Of a stretch of 58,640 nucleotides of DNA, positions 9,195-18,231 are shown in pieces. Each line of letters starts with the position of its first letter. Positions within the stretch are counted from its first letter, which is position 1. The notes under the pieces are model-generated. The model saw only the letters and a list, made by a program, of their open reading frames with translations. It ran no database searches and had not been told where the DNA came from. A program made the position numbers and the translations under genes. The stretch lies in contig JANOBV010000136.1 in NCBI GenBank assembly GCA_031411835.1, positions 1 to 58,640 on the forward strand, written 5' to 3'. The DNA comes from Bacteroidota bacterium. Its GTDB lineage: Bacteria > Bacteroidota > Bacteroidia > AKYH767-A > 2013-40CM-41-45.

Positions 9195-11747
9195 TTATTC
9201 AACTACGATCCTCCCTGACTTTATCTCCTGTTGACTTTTCAAACAAACAAAATAAATCCCTTTCGAAAATCCCTCTAAAGAAAGTGGAATATTATTCTCG
9301 CCTAAATTCGATTTGATTTTTTTCATGAAAACATTTTGACCAAATGCATTGTAAATTTCAATCGTTGATTCATCCCAATTCTCAGAAGTAAATTTCAAAT
9401 TAAAATTACCACTCGCCGGATTCGGATATATTTCAATTGCATTTTTTAAGACAGAAGAATTTTCTTCTACACTGAGCACTTCAGTCATATCACCCGATTT
9501 CATTCCATTCCCAAAACTTGTTACCCATATCATATTGTTATCATACGGATTAAAGAACACTCGTTCCGGTTGACGGAAAGGATAACTCGCAACATTGGTC
9601 CAAGTCGGAGTTGTTGAATTCATATCAAGTGATGTCCACAAACCTTGGATCTCTGTAGTGAGATATGCTTGATTTAGATTGTTCGGATTAAAAGTTATTG
9701 ATGTCACTTGATCAAATTGCGACGCAGTAAGTTTAGTCCAACTACTTCCACGATTTGTTGTTTTGTATAAACCGCCTAATCCATTCGGTGCGCCACCCCA
9801 ACCGCTAAATACACCAACATACCAAGTGTTTTGTGTCCCATCATTCGGATCAATGACAACATCTTTTGTCCAATAATGCATTCCTGCATCGCTTACATCA
9901 GTCCATGAATTTGCAACAGGATCATAAATGAAAACACCGGAACTTGATGTGAAAGATCCACTCGAATTTCTTCTGCCCGAAAAAGTGCAAACAGCTTTTC
10001 CATCATTCAATACTACAATGCTTGCAGGATGTCCTTCTGTACGCGGAGGATTAGAAAGCTTTGTCCATGTTGAAGCGGCAAGATTGTTTAGATTATTCGT
10101 CATGTAAATTCCGCCGACCTGACTTCCTTGCGTTCCTCCATAGTGAATTACTGACGCATACATTCTGTTTTGATTATTCGGATCGATTGCTAACCAGAAC
10201 ACAGGGTGATTGAAGACATGTAGATTTGTCCAAGTTGCGCCGCTATCAGTTGAGTAAACAATTTTTCCGTTTGCATCATTGGCATCGAGCTGAGCATCTG
10301 CTAATCGAGTGCTTTGATACATATCATGAATGTTCGAACAGCCTGCGAAAATAGTTCCGCTTGTATTTTGTTCGAGGCGATAAACAGAATTGACAGCAAC
10401 ACCGGTGTATTGAAATCCCCAACTCCAGCCCATATCAGTACTTCGAATTAATCCGATGTCGCTGAATGCAGCAAGCATATTCGTCGGCGAAGTCCAGAGT
10501 ACTTGCCAAGAAGTTGTATTCTCTAATCCTATACTATGATAGGCGCGATGTTTTGGTGTAGGATTGCCCGAAGCATTTTCATCGTCATGATCAACGTAAG
10601 CTTGTCGCCAGTTGTCGCCACCATCACTACTTGCTTGCACATTAGAAAAGTTGCTGAAAATTACTCTCGATGAATTGTAAGGAGCAGTTGTGATACCGAA
10701 ACACGTTTCGCTCCAGCTAAAATTTTTATCGCCTTGATAGCCTTCCCATGCTGTAGTGATATTTGCGTTATTGATAGTTTGATATTTCGAAGTCCAATTC
10801 GTTCCACCTGTTGTTGATTTTAGAACCAGAGGTGCGCTATTCGCATTATCATTTCCGCCGAGATAAATTGTATTGACATCATTCCATGCCATCGAGCAAT
10901 ACATGATGAAGTCGTTGGAGAAATTTATTCCTGCAGACTTGTCCACCCAAGTACCATTTGCATTATCCATTGTGTAAACTGCTTTTGCAAATCCCCAATA
11001 ATCCCATGGTTTGATACCATTGTATTTTCCCGAAACATTTGCAGCGATACAAGTGAACCGAGTAGTACCTCCATTTTTCGCACCGGCAAAATTCCAGATC
11101 ACTTGTCCTGCAGTCATTCCTGTCGTTGTCATAGTAGAAAACGAAGTTCCGCCATTGGTAGAGTAGAGTAGTCCGTCATTTGTTCCTATGTAAATATTTT
11201 GTCCGTCGAAAAATACACCCCCAAGAATTAATCCGGCTCCCATAGAATTTGCAGTTTTTACGAGCGAGAAAGTTGCACCACCATCATTAGAAATAAGAAT
11301 ATCGCCATACGCGTCAACAATAATCTGATTTGGATTATTGTAATTTGCTTTCACAGCATAAGCAGATCCATATGTACCGAGATTGTAAGCATTGATGGTA
11401 GACCACGTTGCACCGCCATCCGTCGACTTCACCGGAAATTCGTTATTGCCATCATTGTAAATATTGTAAGCAGTGAATCCGTCGTTAGTGAATTCGAATG
11501 TAGAATTATTTGACACCTGTAATTGTGCAAAATCGCATTGAGAGTAATTCATTCCGAAATTAGTGGAATGGAATTGTTGACTCATATCGCAGCTGACATA
11601 GAACTCATCATCATTTCCCGGATTGAACGTTGGAAAGAAAAGTGCTCCCCCGCCGCCAACACCATGCGGATAAAAAGAAACAGGTTGCGAAGAAACAGAG
11701 AGGACAAGAAGTAGAAGTTGTCCGAGGATGAACAGTTTAGTTTTCAT
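9195..11747 (-). CDS. T9SS-secreted BNR/Asp-box beta-propeller protein (GH74/sialidase-like fold)
   Basis: Signal peptide; many SxDGGxTW Asp-boxes; C-terminal IYPNPA...GIYFV type A sorting domain. Confidence 0.8.
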   Translation of the reverse strand: MKTKLFILGQLLLLVLSVSSQPVSFYPHGVGGGGALFFPTFNPGNDDEFYVSCDMSQQFHSTNFGMNYSQCDFAQLQVSNNSTFEFTNDGFTAYNIYNDGNNEFPVKSTDGGATWSTINAYNLGTYGSAYAVKANYNNPNQIIVDAYGDILISNDGGATFSLVKTANSMGAGLILGGVFFDGQNIYIGTNDGLLYSTNGGTSFSTMTTTGMTAGQVIWNFAGAKNGGTTRFTCIAANVSGKYNGIKPWDYWGFAKAVYTMDNANGTWVDKSAGINFSNDFIMYCSMAWNDVNTIYLGGNDNANSAPLVLKSTTGGTNWTSKYQTINNANITTAWEGYQGDKNFSWSETCFGITTAPYNSSRVIFSNFSNVQASSDGGDNWRQAYVDHDDENASGNPTPKHRAYHSIGLENTTSWQVLWTSPTNMLAAFSDIGLIRSTDMGWSWGFQYTGVAVNSVYRLEQNTSGTIFAGCSNIHDMYQSTRLADAQLDANDANGKIVYSTDSGATWTNLHVFNHPVFWLAIDPNNQNRMYASVIHYGGTQGSQVGGIYMTNNLNNLAASTWTKLSNPPRTEGHPASIVVLNDGKAVCTFSGRRNSSGSFTSSSGVFIYDPVANSWTDVSDAGMHYWTKDVVIDPNDGTQNTWYVGVFSGWGGAPNGLGGLYKTTNRGSSWTKLTASQFDQVTSITFNPNNLNQAYLTTEIQGLWTSLDMNSTTPTWTNVASYPFRQPERVFFNPYDNNMIWVTSFGNGMKSGDMTEVLSVEENSSVLKNAIEIYPNPASGNFNLKFTSENWDESTIEIYNAFGQNVFMKKIKSNLGENNIPLSLEGFSKGIYFVCLKSQQEIKSGRIVVE

Positions 11748-11923
11748 TTCCTGAAGGTTTGATTATTGAACTATAAAATTGAAGAAATATAAAGATAGTT
11801 ATTGTGTCATTTTGAATACGGTAATTTCGGTGGAAGTTGCTCACTTTCGGATTGTTTGTATCAAATGAATACTTAAATAATTGCAACTTACTTAATGTCA
11901 AATGGGAATTGAAAAGGCAAATT

Positions 11924-12454
11924 TTAAAGATCGTTTTTATTTTCCGGCAAGAATCCGATTTTCTTCCTGTTTTTTTGTTCGTTATCTGCCAATTTTTCAT
12001 GTAGAAGAAAGTCTAAGATTTGGTCAATTGAAGAGAATTTTTTATCAAATTTATCTTCGAGTTCTATGATTTTATCCAGTAATTCACTATTATCCACTTT
12101 TAGCTTTCGAAGAGCAATAAAAGTATTAATAATTGCAATGTTCATAGATATTGCGGTATCGCTTTTTAGTATAGAGGCGAGCATTGCAATTCCGTGTTCA
12201 GTAAATGCAAAAGGTGGTGTTCTTCGGCCACCCCAACTTGAAATCACATTTTGTGATATCAAGATTTGCCATTCCTTTTTAGTAAGTTGAAAGAAAAAGT
12301 CTTCAGGGAAGCGATTTAAATTTCGCCGAACTGCTTGGTTTAATTTCCTCGTTTCTACCTTATAAAGTAATGCTAAATCGGTGTCGAGGATTACCTTTTT
12401 TCCTCTAATCTCAAATATCTTCTGGTGAATAGTGTTTTCTGGTAAATTTGTCAT
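11924..12454 (-). CDS. ORF6N domain DNA-binding protein
   Basis: IRGKKVILDTDLALLY, LNQAVRRNLNRFPEDFFFQLT, AFTEHGIAMLASIL, C-terminal KKIGF. Confidence 0.9.
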   Translation of the reverse strand: MTNLPENTIHQKIFEIRGKKVILDTDLALLYKVETRKLNQAVRRNLNRFPEDFFFQLTKKEWQILISQNVISSWGGRRTPPFAFTEHGIAMLASILKSDTAISMNIAIINTFIALRKLKVDNSELLDKIIELEDKFDKKFSSIDQILDFLLHEKLADNEQKNRKKIGFLPENKNDL

Positions 12455-12608
12455 TCGTCAAACATGATCATAATTAAAATAATTTACATCCAATAAATGC
12501 GATAATAGTGATTCAACTTTAACTCTTTCAAAATGAGTTAAGACCTCAAATTATTATGTTTTTTTTTACAAAACCCATTTGAATTCTTGTTCTCCGAGAA
12601 AATTCCTC

Positions 12609-12616
12609 TATATTTG
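12609..12616 (+). promoter_or_regulatory. -7 promoter box (TATATTTG) of tRNA-Val
   Basis: TAnnTTTG about 40 bp upstream of the tRNA. Confidence 0.6.
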
Positions 12617-12654
12617 CCATCCCAAAGAAAAAAAGTGCATTTCTTTGCAAAATT

Positions 12655-12729
12655 GGGAGCTTAGCTCAGCTGGTTCAGAGCATCTGCCTTACAAGCAGAG
12701 GGTCACAGGTTCGAACCCTGTAGCTCCCA
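12655..12729 (+). tRNA. tRNA-Val(TAC)
   Basis: Acceptor GGGAGCT/AGCTCCC, anticodon arm TCTGC-CTTACAA-GCAGA, T-arm ACAGG-TTCGAAC-CCTGT; CCA not fully encoded. Confidence 0.97.
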
Positions 12730-12731
12730 CT
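12685..12731 (+). repeat. att core, left copy (within intact tRNA)
   Basis: TGCCTTACAAGCAGAGGGTCACAGGTTCGAACCCTGTAGCTCCCACT, identical to 39216-39262. Confidence 0.95.
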
Positions 12732-12739
12732 TAATAATC

Positions 12740-12774
12740 AAGAGGTTACAATGAAAATTGTAGCCTCTTTTTTT
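12740..12774 (+). terminator. Intrinsic terminator downstream of tRNA-Val (island-supplied)
   Basis: AAGAGGTTACAAT-GAAA-ATTGTAGCCTCTT followed by T-run. Confidence 0.8.
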
Positions 12775-12798
12775 GTGGTTGACACTGTGGTTGACACT
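12775..12798 (+). repeat. Putative integrase arm-binding sites, left (2x GTGGTTGACACT)
   Basis: Perfect 12-bp tandem; the same TGGTTGACAC doublet occurs at 39077-39098. Confidence 0.8.
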
Positions 12799-13124
12799 TA
12801 TTAGTATTTTATTAAGGTATAAGCCTTGTTCATGGCACTAAAAAAAAATATTCTTGATCACTTTATAATCTAACTAATCTATTGTCAACACTAAGATTTA
12901 AGGGGCATTAAATAATTAATCTTAACTTATTAAGCTTTTGGTCCGATGAAAAGTAAAGAAGAGGTCATTAATCCTGAAGCACATTCGGACACTAAACCTA
13001 GAAACTCAAATTAATCAAAAACTTCTCATTTTAAATAAAAACACCTAGCCGCTCCTTGGAACTCCTAACCCATATTGAATTTTATTTCCTTTCGCGGAAA
13101 AATATAACTAAAAATGAAACGCTA

Positions 13125-13697
13125 ATGAAAACCGATTTACGCACTATCTTTACAGGATTTTTTTTTGCAATTATTCTTAGCAGTTGCGGAGGTGAAATTA
13201 CTCCTGAACGGCAAAGGGAAATAGAGAATGAAGTAAACACTATTTCTGCTCCTGAAAATCCTGACCATAACAAATTGATAGGAAGATGGCAACTCGATTC
13301 ACTTATACAGCCTTCAACTATGTATGGAATAACACTTAAAAAAAGTGAGGTCTCCAAAAATGCTCGACTTGAAGATAGCAAACTTATATCCTATTTTCAA
13401 AAGAAGTATAAAAATTCGACCGATAAAGTACAGATTGATGAATTCACAACAGATGGAAAGCATATTACTACTTCCATTGATAAATTTAGTATTAAAAAAT
13501 CCGGCAAGCATATTACAGAAACTAATTACTCCATTCAAGATAATACTATATATGAGACATGGAGATGGGGAGCAAACCTTCAAAACGAAAATAGTTCAAA
13601 CTCCAAAATAGTGAAGGTTGATGCCGATATATTGATTTATGAATTTAAAACCGACAATCAAATTCTAACTTTTTACTTTTCTAAAATCCAAAACTAA
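13125..13697 (+). CDS. Lipoprotein, lipocalin-like
   Basis: Lipobox ILSS-C from ATG 13125; LIGRWQL (GxW) motif. Confidence 0.7.
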   Translation: MKTDLRTIFTGFFFAIILSSCGGEITPERQREIENEVNTISAPENPDHNKLIGRWQLDSLIQPSTMYGITLKKSEVSKNARLEDSKLISYFQKKYKNSTDKVQIDEFTTDGKHITTSIDKFSIKKSGKHITETNYSIQDNTIYETWRWGANLQNENSSNSKIVKVDADILIYEFKTDNQILTFYFSKIQN

Positions 13698-13701
13698 AAG
13701 T

Positions 13702-13818
13702 ATGAGACTTATAGGGCTTTTTGTTGTATTCTGTGTAGTGAGCCTATTGTTCACACCGTTTGCTGGGGTCGCACTTGTTGTAATTTATTTACTGCTTAAA
13801 ATATTGAATAAAAAGTAA
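13702..13818 (+). CDS. Small 38-aa hydrophobic membrane peptide (not in ORF track)
   Basis: MRLIGLFVVFCVVSLLFTPFAGVALVVIYLLLKILNKK; starts 4 bp after the lipoprotein stop. Confidence 0.5.
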   Translation: MRLIGLFVVFCVVSLLFTPFAGVALVVIYLLLKILNKK

Positions 13819-13925
13819 TTGAAATTCGTTTGGCTTGAGTTAAATCTTATTCCTGCATTTATTTTAATATAAACGCTGGTGAGCGAGTATAGCATATCAT
13901 TGTTGTATTTGAATTAGCAGGTTTA

Positions 13926-15350
13926 TCAGACTAGCCTAAACGGTTCTTCATCGATTTTAATTCTAGTAAAACTCTCATTTAGTTTCGGAAGATTAACAAC
14001 TCGGTTATCGTAACCGATCCATTTCAATATAAGAAGGTTTAAGAGCGTGTAGAATCGAATTGAGCAATAGTAGAGGTCTTTGTTCATTCTTTCGGTTGAA
14101 CGGTTTGCACCGGAATTGGTTAAGTCTGGGACACGTCCATGCAAGAAGTCGTTTCGTGTTTCTAGGATTTTCAAATCTTCAGTAAGCAAGTTAATCCCGA
14201 GCAAATCAAACGGTGCTTTCAAACGTGATTTATTTGTCGGTTGATTTAACTGGTCAATTCTTTTTTGAAGCGTTGCAAATTCATCAGAGTTTATAGTTGC
14301 ATGATTTAGGTTTAATACTCCATGCATTTCTTTTCTGATTTTTCTGCTTACTGATTTATCTTTAATTGGCGCTAGTTTAAGTTTCTGTTTTCCAATAATG
14401 ATGTCTGAAATGGTTTCCAAGGCAATTGCATATCCACCCGGCATGAATAATAAACTTGCGACGCTGGATTCAAGCATAAGCATGAGTGTTGCAGAAAAAT
14501 CTATTGAACTATAAATTTTTTCGCACAAAAGAGAAAACTCTTTAAGTGAAACAGGTCGCAAGAGTGGTTGATATTTTTTTGCAAGTGGATCACGGTGTAA
14601 GTAGCCATGGGCATTTGAATAAACAGGACAATAGCCACTTTCAATTGAAGTTCTGAATTTTGCACAACGAAAATGAATGTGCTCTTTTTTTTTCTTGTTT
14701 GAATAGGCAAAAATGAATCCTTGGTCACCTACAAAATATCCCGACAAATAACCTATTGCAATTTTTACTGCGTTCGCTTTTTCTACAAACTCATTAAAAG
14801 ATTGTTTTACAGGTGAATCTATTGCTAGAAAATAATCCTTCTTTGCATTGTGAATACAGCATACTTGTAACTTTTCTCCATTTATCATTGCAATTGTTCC
14901 GGCCCTTGATCGATAACCAAGGTCAGATGTAAATACTGCTTGCTCGATATTGTAGTGAAATATTAACTCCTTTTCTAATGGTATAACAAGTTGATAATAA
15001 TATTTTCTTTTTTCCGAATAACCTTTTGTACTTATTCTGTCAACTGTCCCTGTGAATCTAGGTGGCCCATGATGTCCTAAATAGACACTTTCTAAATTAT
15101 AAATAGATTGGCCAAACTTAATTTGAATATTCTTGTGAAATTGTCCAACATCCAAATCAAGACTCCTTTTTGAAAAGACATCATAGATGAATTCAATCGA
15201 AAATTCATTTTTGTGCGGTTTGAATCTCGCTATTAACCCGTTAAAAGTGTTGTTTTTAGAAATGAGTTTTCCTGACTTTGGTTTTACAAAGTTTGCAATG
15301 GTTTCAATTAATGCCTTGTGTTGTTTTATTTCTTCTTTCTTTACTTTCAT
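13926..15350 (-). CDS. ApeA-like HEPN ribonuclease
   Basis: C-terminal RNDFLH (RxxxxH) after an ALE helix, KWIGY tail, beta-rich N-terminal domain, 474 aa. Confidence 0.7.
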   Translation of the reverse strand: MKVKKEEIKQHKALIETIANFVKPKSGKLISKNNTFNGLIARFKPHKNEFSIEFIYDVFSKRSLDLDVGQFHKNIQIKFGQSIYNLESVYLGHHGPPRFTGTVDRISTKGYSEKRKYYYQLVIPLEKELIFHYNIEQAVFTSDLGYRSRAGTIAMINGEKLQVCCIHNAKKDYFLAIDSPVKQSFNEFVEKANAVKIAIGYLSGYFVGDQGFIFAYSNKKKKEHIHFRCAKFRTSIESGYCPVYSNAHGYLHRDPLAKKYQPLLRPVSLKEFSLLCEKIYSSIDFSATLMLMLESSVASLLFMPGGYAIALETISDIIIGKQKLKLAPIKDKSVSRKIRKEMHGVLNLNHATINSDEFATLQKRIDQLNQPTNKSRLKAPFDLLGINLLTEDLKILETRNDFLHGRVPDLTNSGANRSTERMNKDLYYCSIRFYTLLNLLILKWIGYDNRVVNLPKLNESFTRIKIDEEPFRLV

Positions 15351-15443
15351 AATTATAGCTAAAAAGCGTTTTTTTTTAGTTTGGTTTAAAATAAAAATGA
15401 AATTGGGTATTGATCCGGTGAACAGAAACGTTTAAAAGGAATT

Positions 15444-16058
15444 TCATAAATAATAATAAGTTGCTTGAATGACGAAGCCAAGTACAACCAAAAGAATTCC
15501 GTAAAAAGAGGTTTTCTTAAAATAGGAATTTCTTTCATGCGAATGAATTTTTCTAGCCTTTGAATATAAAAGTAATAAAATGGGCGAAATTATCTTTTCC
15601 GGAACAATTAGAATTATTATACTAATAAACAAGCAAAGAGTGTAAAGCAATTCAGCTAAATAGTAAAGCGGTTTTGTAGCCGCTGATTTTGAAAGCCAAT
15701 TGTGGTTTCGATTACTAATAAAATTAAATAACATGAAACTAGGAACAAATATTATTAATGAAGAAACCAATACTCCGATTTTATCAAATCCATTGCTGAA
15801 TTTGCAAAAGATTAAAGTAATAGCAACAAAGAATATAATTGTACTGAAAAAGCGATTTGTGTGAAATATTAACCTGTCAATTGCCTGATTGTCTTTACGT
15901 TTTCCTTCAGCAATTTTCATCTCGTCCCTGTCATAAAGTTCAAAGAATTTATCGTTAGCAACTATTTCAATTCCCAAAAATAGGAATCCGACAATGTCAA
16001 AACACAAACCGATGATTGATAATATTTCTTTTGGAGGATGACGTAAAAAATCAAGCAT
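15444..16058 (-). CDS. Multi-pass membrane protein (about 5 TM)
   Basis: IIGLCFDIVGFLFL ... YGILLVVLGFVIQA hydrophobic segments. Confidence 0.7.
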   Translation of the reverse strand: MLDFLRHPPKEILSIIGLCFDIVGFLFLGIEIVANDKFFELYDRDEMKIAEGKRKDNQAIDRLIFHTNRFFSTIIFFVAITLIFCKFSNGFDKIGVLVSSLIIFVPSFMLFNFISNRNHNWLSKSAATKPLYYLAELLYTLCLFISIIILIVPEKIISPILLLLYSKARKIHSHERNSYFKKTSFYGILLVVLGFVIQATYYYL

Positions 16059-16065
16059 GATAAGT

Positions 16066-17457
16066 TTATTTATTTATCTCTTTAATTGGGATTATCAAGT
16101 TTTCAAAATCACTTATTACAAATTCTTCAAATGTTTTAAAATACACTTTCTCGATTTTGTCATTCAATACTAGCCATTCTAAATTTTCTTTTACAGTGTC
16201 TGGGTTTGGGTCAACAATAATTATTCTTTGTAGATTTCCAAAATTCCTTAAAAGTACTCGGTTGAATGCAGCTTCATTTCCTTTCCAACCGATAATCGCC
16301 AAGGTTTTAGTAGTCGATAAGTGAAACTCCATAGCGTTAAAATGTTTCAAAGGCATTATAAATTCGTCTTTATCACGGTATGGTAAAAGAAGGGCAGGAA
16401 AATAATTATTAAAGTTTCCGTCAGAAATGATCTCAAGTTTCGATTTATCTACTGTATGTTTTCCTAATCGATTTCTATCGTTATTCTTTTCGTGCCCCCA
16501 TGCTCCCCAGTCAATCATGTTGAAATGATTACCCAAAAGCTCATAGTAAATATGAAAGAAGTTTTTCTTGTTTTCAAATAACCAATTTGCAGCTAACTCG
16601 TCAAATTCTACAGTGTCAGGAAATCTCCAGCCCCAATTGCAAGAGCCATGAGGCTTGAAAATGCAAAAAGGATGTTCGTTATATCGTGCGTAATCATCCA
16701 TTGAAATGATTGGGATATTAAAACAATCAGAAAGAAATGTTTCGAGTAAAATATCTTGATTGAAGGATACGAAAGAAAATTGTTGCCTTTTATTTTTAAC
16801 TGACATCGTTTGCAATTTGTAAGCGAAAAGTCCATACAAGTTATTTGAATAATAGTTTTCAATCGCATTCTTTGAAATGTCGAAAAATAATTCTTGCAAA
16901 TAATATTGAATGCTAATGTGTCTGCTTAAAATCGCTTGGTTGTTATTTTGCTGAATGGAGATCCATTCTTCTTCCATTAAATCTTCAATGTTTGGATTTA
17001 TGTCATTTTGCAAATAAATTAGAGATTGTTTTACACCAATGTAGTTATTGTAGTATTCCTTAAATCTTTTTTCAAATAAACCTGGGCCAATGGGAGGTCT
17101 TAATAAGTCTGCTTCAAATTTCAATTTTTGCTCCCCCAATACACAATTAGCTGATGCACCAGCTCCGAAAATAAATAAAATATCTCTTTGAAAGTCGTTT
17201 GTCCATGAAACTCTTTCGGGTTGATATTTAGTTGGATTGAATTCAGAGTCAGTGAATTTTAGTTCAATACAATTATTGGGAATTATCCATCCATATTCGC
17301 TAATCCTTTCAAGTGTTTTTTCAATGATACTTAAATTTCGGTATTCGCTAACTTTTAAAAATTCAATTACTATAGTGTATCCACTAAAAGCAGGTTCTTC
17401 CCATTCTGCACCTGCATAAGCTTCCCCATAGGTGGTGAAAAGATATGTCATTTGCAT
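16066..17457 (-). CDS. SIR2-like domain protein with ~90-aa N-terminal extension
   Basis: LFIFGAGAS, VSFNQD (TxNYD-like), FKPHGSCNW, AIIGW..NE, IIIVDPN. Confidence 0.8.
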   Translation of the reverse strand: MQMTYLFTTYGEAYAGAEWEEPAFSGYTIVIEFLKVSEYRNLSIIEKTLERISEYGWIIPNNCIELKFTDSEFNPTKYQPERVSWTNDFQRDILFIFGAGASANCVLGEQKLKFEADLLRPPIGPGLFEKRFKEYYNNYIGVKQSLIYLQNDINPNIEDLMEEEWISIQQNNNQAILSRHISIQYYLQELFFDISKNAIENYYSNNLYGLFAYKLQTMSVKNKRQQFSFVSFNQDILLETFLSDCFNIPIISMDDYARYNEHPFCIFKPHGSCNWGWRFPDTVEFDELAANWLFENKKNFFHIYYELLGNHFNMIDWGAWGHEKNNDRNRLGKHTVDKSKLEIISDGNFNNYFPALLLPYRDKDEFIMPLKHFNAMEFHLSTTKTLAIIGWKGNEAAFNRVLLRNFGNLQRIIIVDPNPDTVKENLEWLVLNDKIEKVYFKTFEEFVISDFENLIIPIKEINK

Positions 17458-17463
17458 AGTCGA

Positions 17464-18231
17464 TTATTTTATTTTCCAGTCAGCACTAGGGCTTAATATT
17501 TTGAAATCAAAATTTGCTTCTTCAAGTTCTAAAAGATGTTTTGGGTATCTGGTTTTGTAAAAATTGTACGTTTTTATATATTTCCCTTTTATTTTAGGAT
17601 CACTTTGCGTGCCAAGATTTTCTTTTAATGTTTGCAAATATTTTACTTCACTTGGGAAATCAGAAAATTCATCTGTTCCGTCAACCATACTCTTATCAAT
17701 AGGAAAGTCTAAGTCATAAGTAATGCAAATTCTTTCAAGTGTCGTTGTGAGAAATACAAAATCTAAGTCAAGATCAAAAGAAGCCGTTGCAAAGAATCGG
17801 CAATTGGATAAGAGTGTTTTATCAATAAACAACCCCATTCCATCAATTTCTTTTTCTTTATTGTAAGCACCGACCAAAGATTTGCCATGATATGCTTCTA
17901 TGTTTGTCATTTTTTCATAATGGAATTCACCATAGGTTAAAATTGCTCTGAATTGAATTCCCAAGGAAACACTTCGAAGAAATAAGTCTTGTACGAATTC
18001 GCAAGCATACATAATGCAATATTCGTGATCGTGCTGATTTATCGGAGTGTGCTTATTGAAAACAAGAATCGTATCTGAAAACACAATTGTTTTAAAAGCA
18101 TCATGCATGTGGACATTCAAGCTGTCAAGAATCTTAAATAGTTCTTGAAGTTTATCTGAATTGTCCTTTACTAAATTACTAAAACCTAAAATATCAATAT
18201 ATAGCAGATATTTTTCGTTGTGCTTATCCAT
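17464..18231 (-). CDS. Class III nucleotide cyclase-like protein
   Basis: YIDILGFS (first metal Asp), VFSDTI (second Asp), FRAILTYGE, GKSLVGAYNKE; ATG 18231 overlaps the upstream stop (ATGGATAA). Confidence 0.75.
   Translation of the reverse strand: MDKHNEKYLLYIDILGFSNLVKDNSDKLQELFKILDSLNVHMHDAFKTIVFSDTILVFNKHTPINQHDHEYCIMYACEFVQDLFLRSVSLGIQFRAILTYGEFHYEKMTNIEAYHGKSLVGAYNKEKEIDGMGLFIDKTLLSNCRFFATASFDLDLDFVFLTTTLERICITYDLDFPIDKSMVDGTDEFSDFPSEVKYLQTLKENLGTQSDPKIKGKYIKTYNFYKTRYPKHLLELEEANFDFKILSPSADWKIK

Noticed and set aside
11737-12000. 87-aa ORF bridging ORF6N and the T9SS gene
   Set aside because: Overlaps both neighbours, has no motif, and covers the likely promoter region
17464-18231. 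Canonical Pycsar, CBASS or Thoeris call
   Set aside because: No cNMP-binding effector, CD-NTase motif or TIR partner recognised, so it is left as an unassigned cyclase-SIR2-TM arrangement
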